Program-made: the position numbers and the translations under genes
Notes under the pieces: model-generated
Seen by the model: the letters and a program-made list of their open reading frames with translations, nothing else
The model's database searches: none
What the model was told of the DNA's origin: nothing
In this document: positions 1-13,500 of the stretch, piece by piece
Position numbering within the stretch: position 1 is the stretch's first letter
Layout: each line of letters starts with the position of its first letter
Assembly: GCA_051362555.1 (NCBI GenBank)
Contig: CM120641.1
Coordinates: forward strand, 22,692,001 to 22,756,000
Source of the DNA: Lingula anatina
Taxonomy: Eukaryota; Animalia; Brachiopoda
DNA length: 64,000 bases
Reading direction: 5' to 3'

Positions 1-567
1 TATTAGTGAAATCCATCTCACGTTAACTCCTCCTTGTCCTACATAGTGATTCCTCTCAATCCTGACGAACAGTGGTCAAATGTATAAACCTGTATGAATT
101 ACCAAGTTTCAGTTGTGGTCGACTGTGTCCAGCAGGTGGCAGCACCATCCTGTGATCGTGAACAGGGCACTCTATCCAAGATATAGCTGTAAAAGGTCAC
201 AGCATTCCTCATATTGATAGCAAGTGTCCACTGTCCACAGGTGTATTTATGTCAGGCTGCAGAAGACCGGTGCCCTGGTGCCACACCTTGGTTATTATAT
301 GGACACTCTTTAAGTGCTTGATAATTCTGCTGAATAACTGAAACTCCAGAAATATCATCAGTAAACCTTCATGTATCTGGGAGCTGTTCGTGGATTCAGA
401 ATGTTAACTTCAAAATCAAATTTTAAAGAGTAAGAATCAATATCAGGTGTATATCAGTTGGTGTATCTTTTAGTGTTCAATCTGGGGGGAAAGATTGCTG
501 GAGTCAGTGCTGCCCTCGTTGTCCCCTTCAACCATAAGATGAACTCACTGTAAGATATCTAGGTCAG

Positions 568-3204
568 TCAGTCTCTAGGAATCATCTGGAACAGCCTGTA
601 TCTGTGCCTGATCTGTGGCCTCACATCCTGGCCCTGAAAAGAAATTACTTATTTTTGGAATGGCCTGTATTTGCGTTTTATCTGCACACCCGCACTTCAA
701 GCCAAATTGAGAAGAATACAGTTGAAAGTATTCGTCTAATTGATCTATTTTTGTACACAAGTTTATACTCTAAATGTTCTTTGGATTTGTGTTGAGGCAA
801 TCAGAGGCATATTTTTTAAAAGTTAATATCTGTACTTTTTGGGGGTTTAATGAACAGGTATATGTAAATGGCATCAATGATCAAAATGCTAAAAAAAATG
901 GTACAAATAATAAGTGTATCAGGACTGGCAGTCAGAGAACAGAGACAACTTACCATGACAACTAAATGCTCAAGAAAAGGTAACAACTTCATCAGCTCAC
1001 GGTCCTCTCTATCTACAAACCAACTTTCAATTGGGATGCCATTATCAAGCTGAAAGTAAAAATATCTTTAATGTAAAAATATCTTTAATGTATTACTTAA
1101 GAAAACATCTGAAGACAAAGAGTCAAAAATTTCAAGAAATGCAGCGATTTTTACTATTCTTTATTATTAATTAGTTATAGAGTTTAGATGACCACCTATT
1201 GTAAGAATCGCTCCATTTGGTAATTTATTGCCTGTGGATAGTTCTTCACTTAATATGATTTTTTTTTTCATTTACCAGGAAGCCAAATGCCTGTGGAGAG
1301 CTGTCCAATTATTATTGAAAACTGTACCTGGTAGCCAAATGGCTGTGGAGAGTTGTCCACTAATTACAAATATTGCTGTACCTGGTAACCAAATGTCAGT
1401 GGAGAGTTGTCCACTTATTATAAATATTACTGTACCTGGTAGCCAAATGCCTGTGGAGAGTTGTCCACTATGATGGTTTTGGTAAGATCTCTGCCCAGGA
1501 TGGATAAGTCTTTGATGTAATTCCCATTAACACAGACACAATGCTCTCGGAACAGACGATGTCTAAAAAAGGTTAACAAAGAGTTCAACAAAAGGACAAA
1601 TTACATAAAAAAATCCAGCTCTATCTTCAGGATCAAATTCCAACCCTATAATACACGTCAATCTGCTGATACAATGCATATACAATAAACTTGCTGTAAA
1701 TATGTAAACAAGAAAATTCTGACAAGATTAGAATACTTAGTCCATGTAAGGGATGTAATAATATAATATATTTTCACAGCAGAGTTTATTTCTCACCTGA
1801 TCAACTTTTTCTCTGGGTCAAGGAGATTCATCAGTTTATCAGCATATACTTTCTTTGAAGCAGTGAACAGTATAACTTCAAATATCTTAGAAACATGTTC
1901 CAAGAATTCTCGGAAGAAGGGCCGAGTCCTAACAAAGACCTATCATAGTAAAAACAAATTAATATTTAAAATAAAGGAAGTTCTCCCTCCTCTTATCATG
2001 GCCATCACTAATCTATTTTCATTCCACCTAATCACTTACCCTATACATTATATTTTCCTTCCTGATTTGTGTCTAATGACAAAAATAAGTTTATGATAAA
2101 TACCTCTAACATCTAATAATCTAATAGTATAAACCACCTTTACCTGGTAAGTAACATCTTGAAACAATACCGGGAATGTGAATGCTGCATCCTCTAATTC
2201 AGTCAGACTACAGTGGACCAAAGTCTCATCCTAGAATAAAAATCAAATATCAATATGGAATTGGGACCAATTAAATTGCAGTTATAAAATTCAACATGCA
2301 AGAAAAATTAAACATTCCAAAGAAATTAGCAAAATAAAACTTTTACCCATGGAGAAGACAACAAAATGTAGCTGTGGGATCCCACCTAACGCAACAAGAG
2401 AAAATCAGTCCAGAAATGTTCCATCATTAAATTCAGGCCCTTTTCACATCAAGCGGTAACTTAACGGGTATAGTTTGTACCAGTTCACTTTGACAGGTAA
2501 TAACATTATAAGGGGCTTTACTCCCTTTCACTAGTTTTCTACAAGTTTGCTTCCTGCTGTTGGGTTGATAAATTAGCCGTAACAAGCACAGAGGGCCTGT
2601 TTAGGTGACTCTCTTATATAACAGCCAGACTATTCAGTTGTCAATCTCTAAGTGAACCAGTACAGACTAGTTTAGTATGCTGGAATGTGAAAGGGGCTTA
2701 TCACAAAATGACTTAACGAAATGATGATCAAGTAAACTCTAGATCTCACATTTCCATCTAAACATAAATACCCATGTACCCATGGCAACTTAACTGTCAA
2801 GAAAAGGTTTTACAATTTTTAGATGAGAGCATCAGTTTTCATACTGAGAATAACAAACATGAGAATATATGAGTCAAGGCACATATCAACAGTTTCTAAT
2901 TAGACTGTCTTACCAGGTCTAGCACCAGTGAGAACTCTGGTGTACTGCGTGTCTTAAGAGGCAAGGCTGGTTGCCGCGCCCTGATTACCTCATCTACTGG
3001 TGGCAGGCGTTTAATGAACAGGAACCTGCAAGAGAAGAATTTTATGCCAACTAACTCATTTCATTTTTACTGAAATAAAAAACATAACAAACTTATTTTT
3101 GATAAATCAAATGTCTGAAGTGTTAAAAAAACCAATCCATTAAAATTGTGAAAAAAAAAAAAAAAAAATTCTGAATTTTCTCAATTTTTTATTTATCCCT
3201 GAAA

Positions 3205-3240
<36 letters not shown>

Positions 3241-6200
3241 CGCTTACGGATCAAATGGTTCAATATCCCATTCCTCATAAGATTCCTCTGCTGCCTCTTC
3301 CTCCTCATTGGTTGGCTGGTAATGGTTGACCACGCTATAGTTCTCATAGCCCTGGTAGATAGCGGGAGGACCAATGTGACACATCTCCCCATTATTTCCT
3401 GGGGTGAGACTTTCTCGACCTGAAAGGCGCAAATCATTGTATTCATTTAGATTCTTTATTTATTTTCACTCAAAAGCCAGCAATTAACTATGTTCTTCTC
3501 CATTCATCATATATCTAACCCAAGGCAAGAAATGTCTGCACTAAACATTGAGGTAAATTAATGCCTATAAATCATCTTCCTTCTTTCAAGATTATATCAC
3601 AAGATAATGCCTTTCTAAACTAGCTGCATGTACAAACGTTACTGAGGTCCATTAGATAATATTCTTTAAAACTTGACAGTAAAGATATTATGTATATTCA
3701 GACAATTAACAGAAAGAAAGTCATTCCCACTTTGATTTTAGGATAAACAGGAACATTAATTAAACTTACAATGTAACAAAATCATGAAAACAATTTGTTT
3801 TATAATTGCTGTAGCTGGGGATGTTATAAAATATCTATTTGTATGAACTGATGCCATGTAATTTGTCTTGTTACAACTGACTCCTGATACAACCAAATTA
3901 AGTTTAAACTAACCAGAACATGTCACTACTTAAAAACAAAAACACTTCAACTATCTGCACTTGCTGAATTTCTATACATGGCAAGATATATTGTGTTTGG
4001 TGAAAGGTTCACACACTACCTTTGTCTACTTTTATTCTATTTCTCGTGCTGGCTTCCCATTAGTACCTTATTCTCCATAGATGTACAGAAAAGAGATCTT
4101 CCTGCCTTTTCTTTGAAGTTCGTGACCATTAGATACTTAGATTTGAATAAAATTAAAGAGGCTTACTTGAATTAGAGTCACTTTCTGAAGATTCAGTCGA
4201 GATGTCCAAATCCAGCTTTTTGGCCAGTTCCGCAATTTGTTCATTTTCATTCTCGTCAATACCTGAAATTAATTGAAAATCATTAAATATCAAAAATATC
4301 CCACTACTTACAAGAGCAATAAAGAAATTACATTAAAGGTTGCTGCATTGTTGTGCATTACCAGTATTATAATTGTTGTATCAGACCGCTATGTGGTACC
4401 CTGTATTACTACTGTTGAATGTGACCACCATATGAACTCTTATATCACCTTTCAGGCCCATACTCTTTTATTAATAGGGGTGGGGGGAGGTTTTTTTTTT
4501 CTTTCCTCCACTAAGTTGACCCATTTTGTGCTTAAGGCATATAAAACCTAGATCAAATTTTGATTCAAACTGGACTTTTTCCAGCCAAATGGGGGTTATT
4601 TCAAACCCTCTGACACCCCCCAAGGTTCCTGCTGTTGCCACAGCCTACCCTTATACATCTGTAGAAGCTTGTATTACTGTTGTTGTATTTCGCCACTATA
4701 AAGCCATAGATGATAGGCCACCACTATAACATTAGACTACCACTACAAAATTGTTCAACTCACTCTTAATGTGTTTGGCCACTATGTAACAGCCAGTATC
4801 ACTATTGTTGTACACACAGCCACTCTGTTGTGAACTCCTATATCACGATCCCAGCGTACTACCATCAGATACAGGAGCCCAGATCTGGCAGCAGCGAGTG
4901 CTCCAGTTCCGTCCACTGATAGGCAGCGCTGTAATCAATCTGGCTGCAGTATATACCACAGTCAATCAATACAGGGAACAGAATGCTACAATGCCTACTC
5001 CATATCACTGGCATTCCCAGCCTCTACCACTACCACACTGCTTCTGATGCTTCCATCATATTCTTTCATATTATGCTACCCTAACAACTAGTGCACTTGA
5101 TGACCCTGGTTTACTGTGCCAGATTATGGTTTGCAAGTCAGCTGAGCTAAATGGGATGTTTACATGTGGTTTTCCTAAACGTGGAGGCCCACCACAATAT
5201 TACCAATGTTTACACAGAAACGGTTCTCAATACGTGAGAGATATGCCTTGTCTTGATTGGGCATAAAAACTTGGTAAACACGTTATATCAGTAAATGTTT
5301 TTATTTTCTATATATATTTCATTCTTACTCTATATGATTATGTCAAAACTTGAAGACCGTGTGTTTTATATTTAAGTGAGTGCTTTATTTGATTAGAGAG
5401 ATATAGAGAGAAAGAGGGAGAATAAGAGAGAATAGAATTTGATGCCTCTGTGAAAGATTGCACACATTTATAAGGACTATGTTTAGAATGTTATGGCCAA
5501 CTGATGCCCCAAGAGACCTAAACAAGACTGCAATGGAACAGCACAACATGCTGACCCATTGACAGGCAAATTAATATATTGGAGTTCATTTGTCTCTGTA
5601 CAGATGTTTAGCTGAGGATGTATGACTACCTGTAACATCAGTACAAAAAGCTCTTCCCAAATCAATATTGGACTGATTAAAATAATATGCATTTAATGCA
5701 ACCTTTTCTGCTTCAGATTCCAAAGCAGCTAACTTAGCAGTCAATAGCATTATCTATTATCAATGTGACCTAGAGATTCCAGTATTATAGATTTGCGATG
5801 AGTGCGTGGGCTGCGGGTTTACAACTACAAACCAAAGCCACAGTAAAAACATGCTAGTAATCAGCCCATAAATATCCCATGTATATTGAACACAGTAAGG
5901 CAAAGTTGGATCACTTCCAGACAGCTAGCAGGTCAGACTAACATGAAAGTAATCTAACATATTAGGTACTAGCAACTGAATACACAGTAGTAGTGCTGCA
6001 CTGGCACAAGCTGCTGCCTTGGCTCACTTTCTGCTACACATAATGGCAACCACAAAACCACAGCCAAATTCCATTTTTACAACAGCCAAAAATAAATGGG
6101 CTCACTATCACAGTTTCATACTGGGCTGGTGTTGACATATGAAATTTTCATTAACTGCTTGAACAAGTTTATTTTGGCAAAAAGGGTATGTTTTACCATT

Positions 6201-9200
6201 TTTCATAATTTGGTGAAGTAGTCTTCTTTTCCCCATTTCACATTTTTCTTTTGAGAATTTATAACCTTGTAACATGAAATTTACATATGAAATTTTCATT
6301 AACTGCTTGAACAAGTTTTTTTTTGGCAAAAAGGGTATGTTTTACCATTGCTCATAATTTGGTGAAGTCGTCTTCTTTTCCCTTCTTTCACCTTTTTCTT
6401 TTGAGAATTTATAACCATGTAACAAATACTGAACTTCAAACATCTAAGCATTTCAATAAGTTCCATAAGCAGCTGTTTTCCAATTTTTTTCCATATCCCT
6501 ATTTGCCCTTCTCTGTACAGCCTACTTACCATTTTGGCAAAAGGAGTCGTGATACACTGGAGAGAACAGGGTGTCCAATTTAGAGGACTCTGTGTTATTG
6601 TTTAAATTATCCACATCTTCACAGACTGCTTCTTTGACAACCTTCAAACCTAAAAAGAACAAAAATTTCAAAATGATAAACAAATGTGCTTTCAGAGAGA
6701 ACTGTGTTTTTAAAAGTCATATAATCAGTCAATTCTTTTACATCTCATTTCAGATAACAATTCTGGGTGACACAGATATGAGAAACAAATTGCTGCTAAA
6801 AAAGAAATGGTCAGGTGGGTATAAAAGTTATAATGCCAGTGTTTCAGTACTTCAGATTTTTGAAGCATGGGTATTTTATTAACAATCTATTTGGTTAAAT
6901 TGCTATAATCTGGCAGGGAAGGAAACAGCCCAACAAAAAAAGAATGCTCATGTCCCACTTCTTTCCTTTTTCTTTGAGTTCTCAATCCACAGATACAAGA
7001 TTGGTACGTTGTTTCCAGCACAGCTTTAAAATCAATTAAATTACCTCCAAAATTATAATTTTCTTTCAGTAAAGGGAAATGACTACTCTAGCAAATGAGA
7101 AAAAAAAAATTTAACCTAAACATGATACCTCCCGAGAATGCACCTGCCTTCTTGAGAAGAATTGCTGTTACTCTAAAAGAATAGCACTAAAATTTGTGAG
7201 GGCCTCCTGTACTCTCTCTAATGCATTAATATGCCCGTGCATCCCAGGCAAACAGACTCCTTAAGGGACAGCTCCTCAGTTTTGAATAAATAATACATTA
7301 TATAACATGTTTGTCACCAAAGGAAAACTCCCACCTTTGGCCTTCTTCTTGCGTTTCACCTGCCCCCCTTCGTGGTTGTTGTTGTAGTGGTTGTTGGCAG
7401 TGTGTGGGCTCCCTATGGGAGAACTGGAGATCAAGTTGGTGTCCACATCTTCCTTCCAGCGCCGCTTACTCGGCAGCTCCTCTATACCCTGGAACACGAT
7501 AACATCGCAAGGTAGCAGAGAGCTTTGGGGTGCTTTCAAGATAATGTTTTATGATAGACATTTCCGGGTTTATCATGACAACTTTTATTCCAAATTTTAA
7601 CTGCAGTGTGACTGTAAAATTACCCACACATGGAATTTTTTATCATAGTAGCACACAGCATTTTGAATTGCCAATTTTCATCACAATTTCAACTTCAGGC
7701 AACATTTAAAACGTCCAGTGTCAACACTTTCCAAGTAGCATCTAAAATATTGAACACATCACTTGAAACAGATATCTCCCAGTAATTTCCCATGAGCTAA
7801 AAAAAAAAAAAAAAAAATCTTACCATCATTTGATTTTTGTCCTTAGTTTTCAAGGCTACACATGCACCTAATGCTATAGACCCAGTGGCTGCAGGCTCTG
7901 GAGGATCCTGAAAGCAGACAATCACGGAAATGTTAGCAAATATGGAAACAAGGCACAAGCCTGAGAGTAAAATACTGTAAGGCCACAAGAAAAGAAATGA
8001 GAAATGTACGTGATGACATAGGTTGTAACTTGACACATTAAAATGCCAGGTATTTTGTTCAGTAGTAACACCAGGTAACAATGTCACCTGTATATCTGCA
8101 AGTGTACAAATAAAAAAAGAAAAAAATAAAAGATTCAACATGATTTATTCAACGCGTCAACTGTACCAGTATAATGTAACTGATATTAAATGAAGTTCTA
8201 GGACAGAATTCTATAGCACTACTGATTGTAACCTGCATGTTTTAATTATAAAAAATCAAAATGAAGACAAATATTGACCTGGAAAAAAATAAAAAGCTGC
8301 AGGTACAATATGCCTGCAATCAATCAATTAGCTTAAATCAAATGCAAACCGTAGTCATTTTGGAAAAAAATAAAACTAATGTTTTGTTCCCTCTACAACA
8401 AATTTGAGATATATACTACAGAAATCTAGTAAAACAAAAGATTTTTAATTCTTCTTTTCTTTGTTTTTCAAAGCATTCCAGTAACAACCTTTCCATTTTT
8501 TCACTTATAGTGAGCATGAACAACTGACAACACTAACCCTCACTCTTTTTAATTGGAACCAACACGATTTTTAGTTGGAACCAACATTCTATGAGACATG
8601 CAGACCCCCCCTCGTCTACAACTTCCTACCTATAGTATTAATCATTAAGCCATTTACACAGATATCAAGTATATTTTATACAACTCGTCCTCTTGTCAGC
8701 CCACTTCTTTTAAGGCCAATTACCTGTATTGAAGCTAATGATCAAATAGGATAAGGGTGAATTTAGCTGTAACAAGGTGTCATTCACAAATAAAAATCAT
8801 TAATCTGGCTAGCATTTACAGCTGCTTACCTATTCTGTCACTAAAACAATCAAGGTGCAAGTTACCAGGTACAAACTGACATGTTGATGTTAACTCCAAC
8901 ACCTCGTACTCCAGTTCACTGACACTGTCGCTTTTGCCCCATCAGCACACAGGGACACCATGCAACCAGTCCCTAGACCCTTATCATCTATATTAGCTAA
9001 GTAGCAGGAGTTTTATTTACTCCAGTTTAAGCGACCTACTAAGCACCTGTGCTAGATAAGATTAAACAGATAGATGCGATGGTGTCTTTTACAGTAATGT
9101 ACCCAGGTTTAATATGCAGGGCACATTTGCGTTGCTGGTTAACCAGGTCTAATAGCCTTAGCTTTCGACAACACTGGCAAAATCAGAAATGCATTAGATG

Positions 9201-10478
9201 AAAGCAGATAAATTGTTTGGAACATGACTCAGCCAGAGTGGTCATAACATTTTCAAATTTAACCAGGTTATTTTCACTATTCTATCCTGGATTCAAAGCA
9301 TGTAGTTGAATAAATACTTATCTTGGCTTTACTTGGGGGTTTAAAGTCGACATAAGCTATTTTACTCCTAAAGTGAGATTGATGAGCAACTGCTATTTGA
9401 ACCAGATTTTCTATTTACAGTAAATGCAGTGATGTAAAGGACTTGAAACTTTGCATAATGTACCTGCCTAAAATGTGTAATCTTGGTTGGTAGCGTGGCA
9501 AACACCCCACCAAAGGCATATATCAATTCCAGTTGAAATTATTCCTTCTACTTTAAGTGAGAATTCTCAAGCATCTCAATACCCATTCAAGACCATTTGG
9601 TTTTCAATATAAGAGAAAAAAAGATTGATGCTGACTTCAGCATTTAAAATGTAACTTACTGACAAAGTGTCAATATATCTGCTTTGGAATTATTAAAAAG
9701 TACAGTAATACAAGAATTTTTCTAGCATGTGTTTGTTGCTATGCCCGTATAGCGCACAAAGAGTTCTCAAGCATCTCAATACCCATTCAAGACCATTTGG
9801 TTTTCAATATAAGAGAAAAAAAGATTGATGCTGACTTCAGCATTTAAAATGTAACTTACTGACAAAGTGTCAATATATCTGCTTTGGAATTATTAAAAAG
9901 TACAGTAATACAAGAATTTTTCTAGCATGTGTTTGTTGCTATGCCCGTATAGCGCACAAAGAGAAATATGAAATAACAACACCGTAACTTATACCAGCAT
10001 TTACTATCATGGCACACAAACCTTAAAGACTTATTTCAATTTTTACTTCTTTTCTGGTAAACAATCACCTCAATTCTGAACAAGGCAGCAAAGCTGTCAA
10101 ATGTACAGACAAAGAACAGAAAATAAAGATACTGTTAAATTGCCAGAAAAATTTACCAAACAGACTGTGTTGCCTATTGAAGCTGTATGTTAGACCCATG
10201 TTTCTTTCCTGTAAGTTTGAGAACAGTAAGTGACATGATTTCCCTTAAATGGTCATCATAGGAGCAGTGCCCAAAATAGGGGTTTCTTCAAATTTTGATG
10301 CAACATTACATAATGTTTAACAGCATAATGACAATCAAATGTTATTAATAAAATATTAGTAACATGGACATTCAGAAAATGTGACAAGCAAAAGTCTTCA
10401 AGATCATGGAACCCTAAAGTCACACCTTGAAAATGCCAATATGTGAAAAATTAAATTTTCACAAAAAACTGTTTAACT

Positions 10479-10525
<47 letters not shown>

Positions 10526-13500
10526 AGACTGCATTGCCTACTGAAGCTGTATTTTAGTCCCATGTTTCTATCCTGTAAGTTTGAGAACAGTAAGTGACAT
10601 GATTTTCCTTAAATGGTCATCATGGAAGCAGTGCCCAAATTGGGGGTTTCTTCAAATTTTGATGCAATATTACATAATGTTCAACAGCTTAATGACCATC
10701 AATTTTTAATTATAAAATATTTGTATCACAGATATTCAGAAAATGTGACTAGCAAAGGTATTCAGGCCCATGGAACTTCAAAGTCATGCCTTGATAATGC
10801 CAAAATGTAAACAAGACAGCACTGTTCTGAAATGGGTTTATTTCCATTTTTAACACTTTTTTAACATAAAACAAAATAAACATTTTACTGCCATTTTTAT
10901 ATGTCCAACTAAGAAAATTGATGAGATGGGAAAAGTATCAATAGAACAGTGTTAAATGTCCAATTTCCTCCATTCTGAGATTCTGAACATAGTGGATGAT
11001 TGAATATGACAAACTACAATGATATGAGTTTATATCCATTTTTGACACTTTATTACACAATACATGATAACAAGTTTACAATGTTTTTTACATAATCAAC
11101 TAACAATGTTGTTAAGATGCAGGAAATATCAAACAAACACTTTTAGGCATCTTATTAGTTAAATAATGAGACTGTTAACATGCCTAATAATTGAATGTGA
11201 GGAAATGTGAAAAAAGCAGGAAATAACTATGCACAAAATAGGCTACTGTCAATTCTGATGCAAAAGTACATTATGTTAAACTGCAAATTCAACATCAAAT
11301 TTTAATTATGCTCAACAGGTAATACCAATGTAAGTAAAATGTGTAACAAGCATAAGGCTTCAGGCCCATGGCAGTTCAAGTTCACACTTTGAAAATGTAT
11401 AACTTCCAGAAAGAGAAGCCAATTAGACTGCTTTTCCAACTCAGGCTGCATTTTAGTCCTGTATTTCTTTTCTGAACGTTTGGCAATCATCAGTAACATG
11501 GTTTTCCCATAATGGTCATCATGGCAGCAGCACCCAGTGTTTTCTTCTATTCTGATGCAATATTACATAGTGGTTAACAGCATAATGACCGTCAGTTTTT
11601 AATAATAAAATATACATATCATGGATTTTCAGAAAATGTGACTAGCATGGGTCTTCAAGCCCATGGAACTTCAAAGTCACACCTTGAAAATGCCAATATG
11701 TGAAAAATTAAACTTTCACCAAAAAAAAACTGTTTAACTAGCAGAAAGAATTACCAAACAGACTGCATTGCCTACTGAAGCTGTATTTTAGTCCCATGTT
11801 TCTTTCCTGTAAGTTTGAGAACAGTAAGTGACATGATTTTTCTTAAATGGTCATCATGGGAGCAGTGCCCAAAATATTTTTTTCCAAATTTTGATGCAAT
11901 ATTACATAACGTTTAACAGCATAATGACCATCAATTTTTAATAATAAATATTAGTATTATGGATATTCAGAAAATGTGACTAGCAAAGGTCTTCAGGCCC
12001 ATGGAACTTCAAAGTCACAACTTGAAAATGCCAAAATGTAAACAAGACAGCACTGTTCTGAAATGTTTTTTTTTTTCATTTTTAACACTTTTTTAACATA
12101 AAACAAAATTAACAGTTTACTGCCATTTTTATATGATCAACTAAGAAAATTGATGAGATGTGAAAAATATCAATAAAACGGTGTCAAATGTGCAATTTCC
12201 TCCATTCTGAGTTTCTGAACATAGTGAATGATTGAATCTTACAAACTGCAATGATATGAGTTTATTTCCATTTTTGAAACTTTATTACACAATACACAAT
12301 AACAAGTTTACCATCATTTTTACAAAATCAATTAACAATGTTGTAAAGATGCAGGAAATGTCAAACAAACACTTTTACTTATCTTATTAATTAAATAATG
12401 AAACTGTTAACATGCCTAAAAATTGAATCTGAGGTAATGTGAAACAAGACAGCACTATTTTGAAATGGGTTTATTTCCATTTTTAACACATTTTTAACAT
12501 AAAACAAAATTAACAGTTTACTGCCATTTTTATATGATCAACTAAGAAAATTGATGAGATGTGAAAAATATCAATAGAACAGTGTCAAATGTCCAATTTC
12601 CTCCATTCTGAGTTTCTGAACATAGTGAATGATTGAATCTTACAAACTGCAATGATATGAGTTTATTTCCATTTTTGACACCTTATTACACAATACACGA
12701 TTACAAGTTTACCATCATTTTTAAGTAATCAACTAACAATGTTGTAAAGATGCAGGAAATGTCAAACAAACACTTTTACGAATCTTATTAATTAAATAAT
12801 GAGACTGTTAACATGCCTAAGAATTGAATCTGAGGAAATGTGAAAAAACAGCATAACTTATAAAATAATGGTCCGATTATGCTGATTTTTTAAATTGACC
12901 TGCGTTGTAATAAGATTGATTACTCCTGTGAGTTTCATGACAACAGGCCTATGGGTTTTCCTTGAAATGTGTTAACAGTGTTGCATATATGCTGAAAAGT
13001 GAAAAAACAGCATAACTACTAAAATAGTGGCCCGAACATGCCGATTTTCGAACTTGATCTGCGTTTTAGTAAGAATGATTACTCCTGTGAGTTTCATGAC
13101 AACAGGCATATCAGTTTTCCTTGAAATGTGTTAACAGTGTTGCATATATGCTGAAAAGTGAAAAAAACAGCATAAATTCTACAATAATGGCCCGATCATG
13201 CTGATTTTCGAACTTGACCTTTGTTTTATGAATATTCATCAGCTCTGTAAATATAAAGCCAAAAAGTAAAACTGTCTTCCACTTATGGTGTTAACGCTGA
13301 AAGTGCACGGCGACGGCGACATGATCGGCGACGGCGACGACAGACGCAGGTGATGGCAATATGTACAGACACATCTGTGTCTGTACATAAAAACAGTATA
13401 ACTTCTTAAGTAATGGCCCGATTATGCTTATTTTCGAACTCAACCTGCGTTTTAGTAAGATTGACCACTCCTGTGAGTATAATGACAATTGGCCAATCCG

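Noticed and set aside
1228-1473. Plus-strand 81-aa ORF with repeated VPGSQMxVESCPL
   Set aside because: It is the antisense reading of the 54-bp exon-end repeat, has a non-ATG start and shows no sign of a separate gene.
4019-4140. Extension or extra exon next to CTDSPL2 exon 4262-4167
   Set aside because: Stops occur in the compatible frame, and the A|gtaagc donor at 4167 already gives the correct phase.
8865-8980. Extra CTDSPL2 coding exon in a GC-richer intronic patch
   Set aside because: I found no acceptor/donor pair giving an open phase-0 frame.
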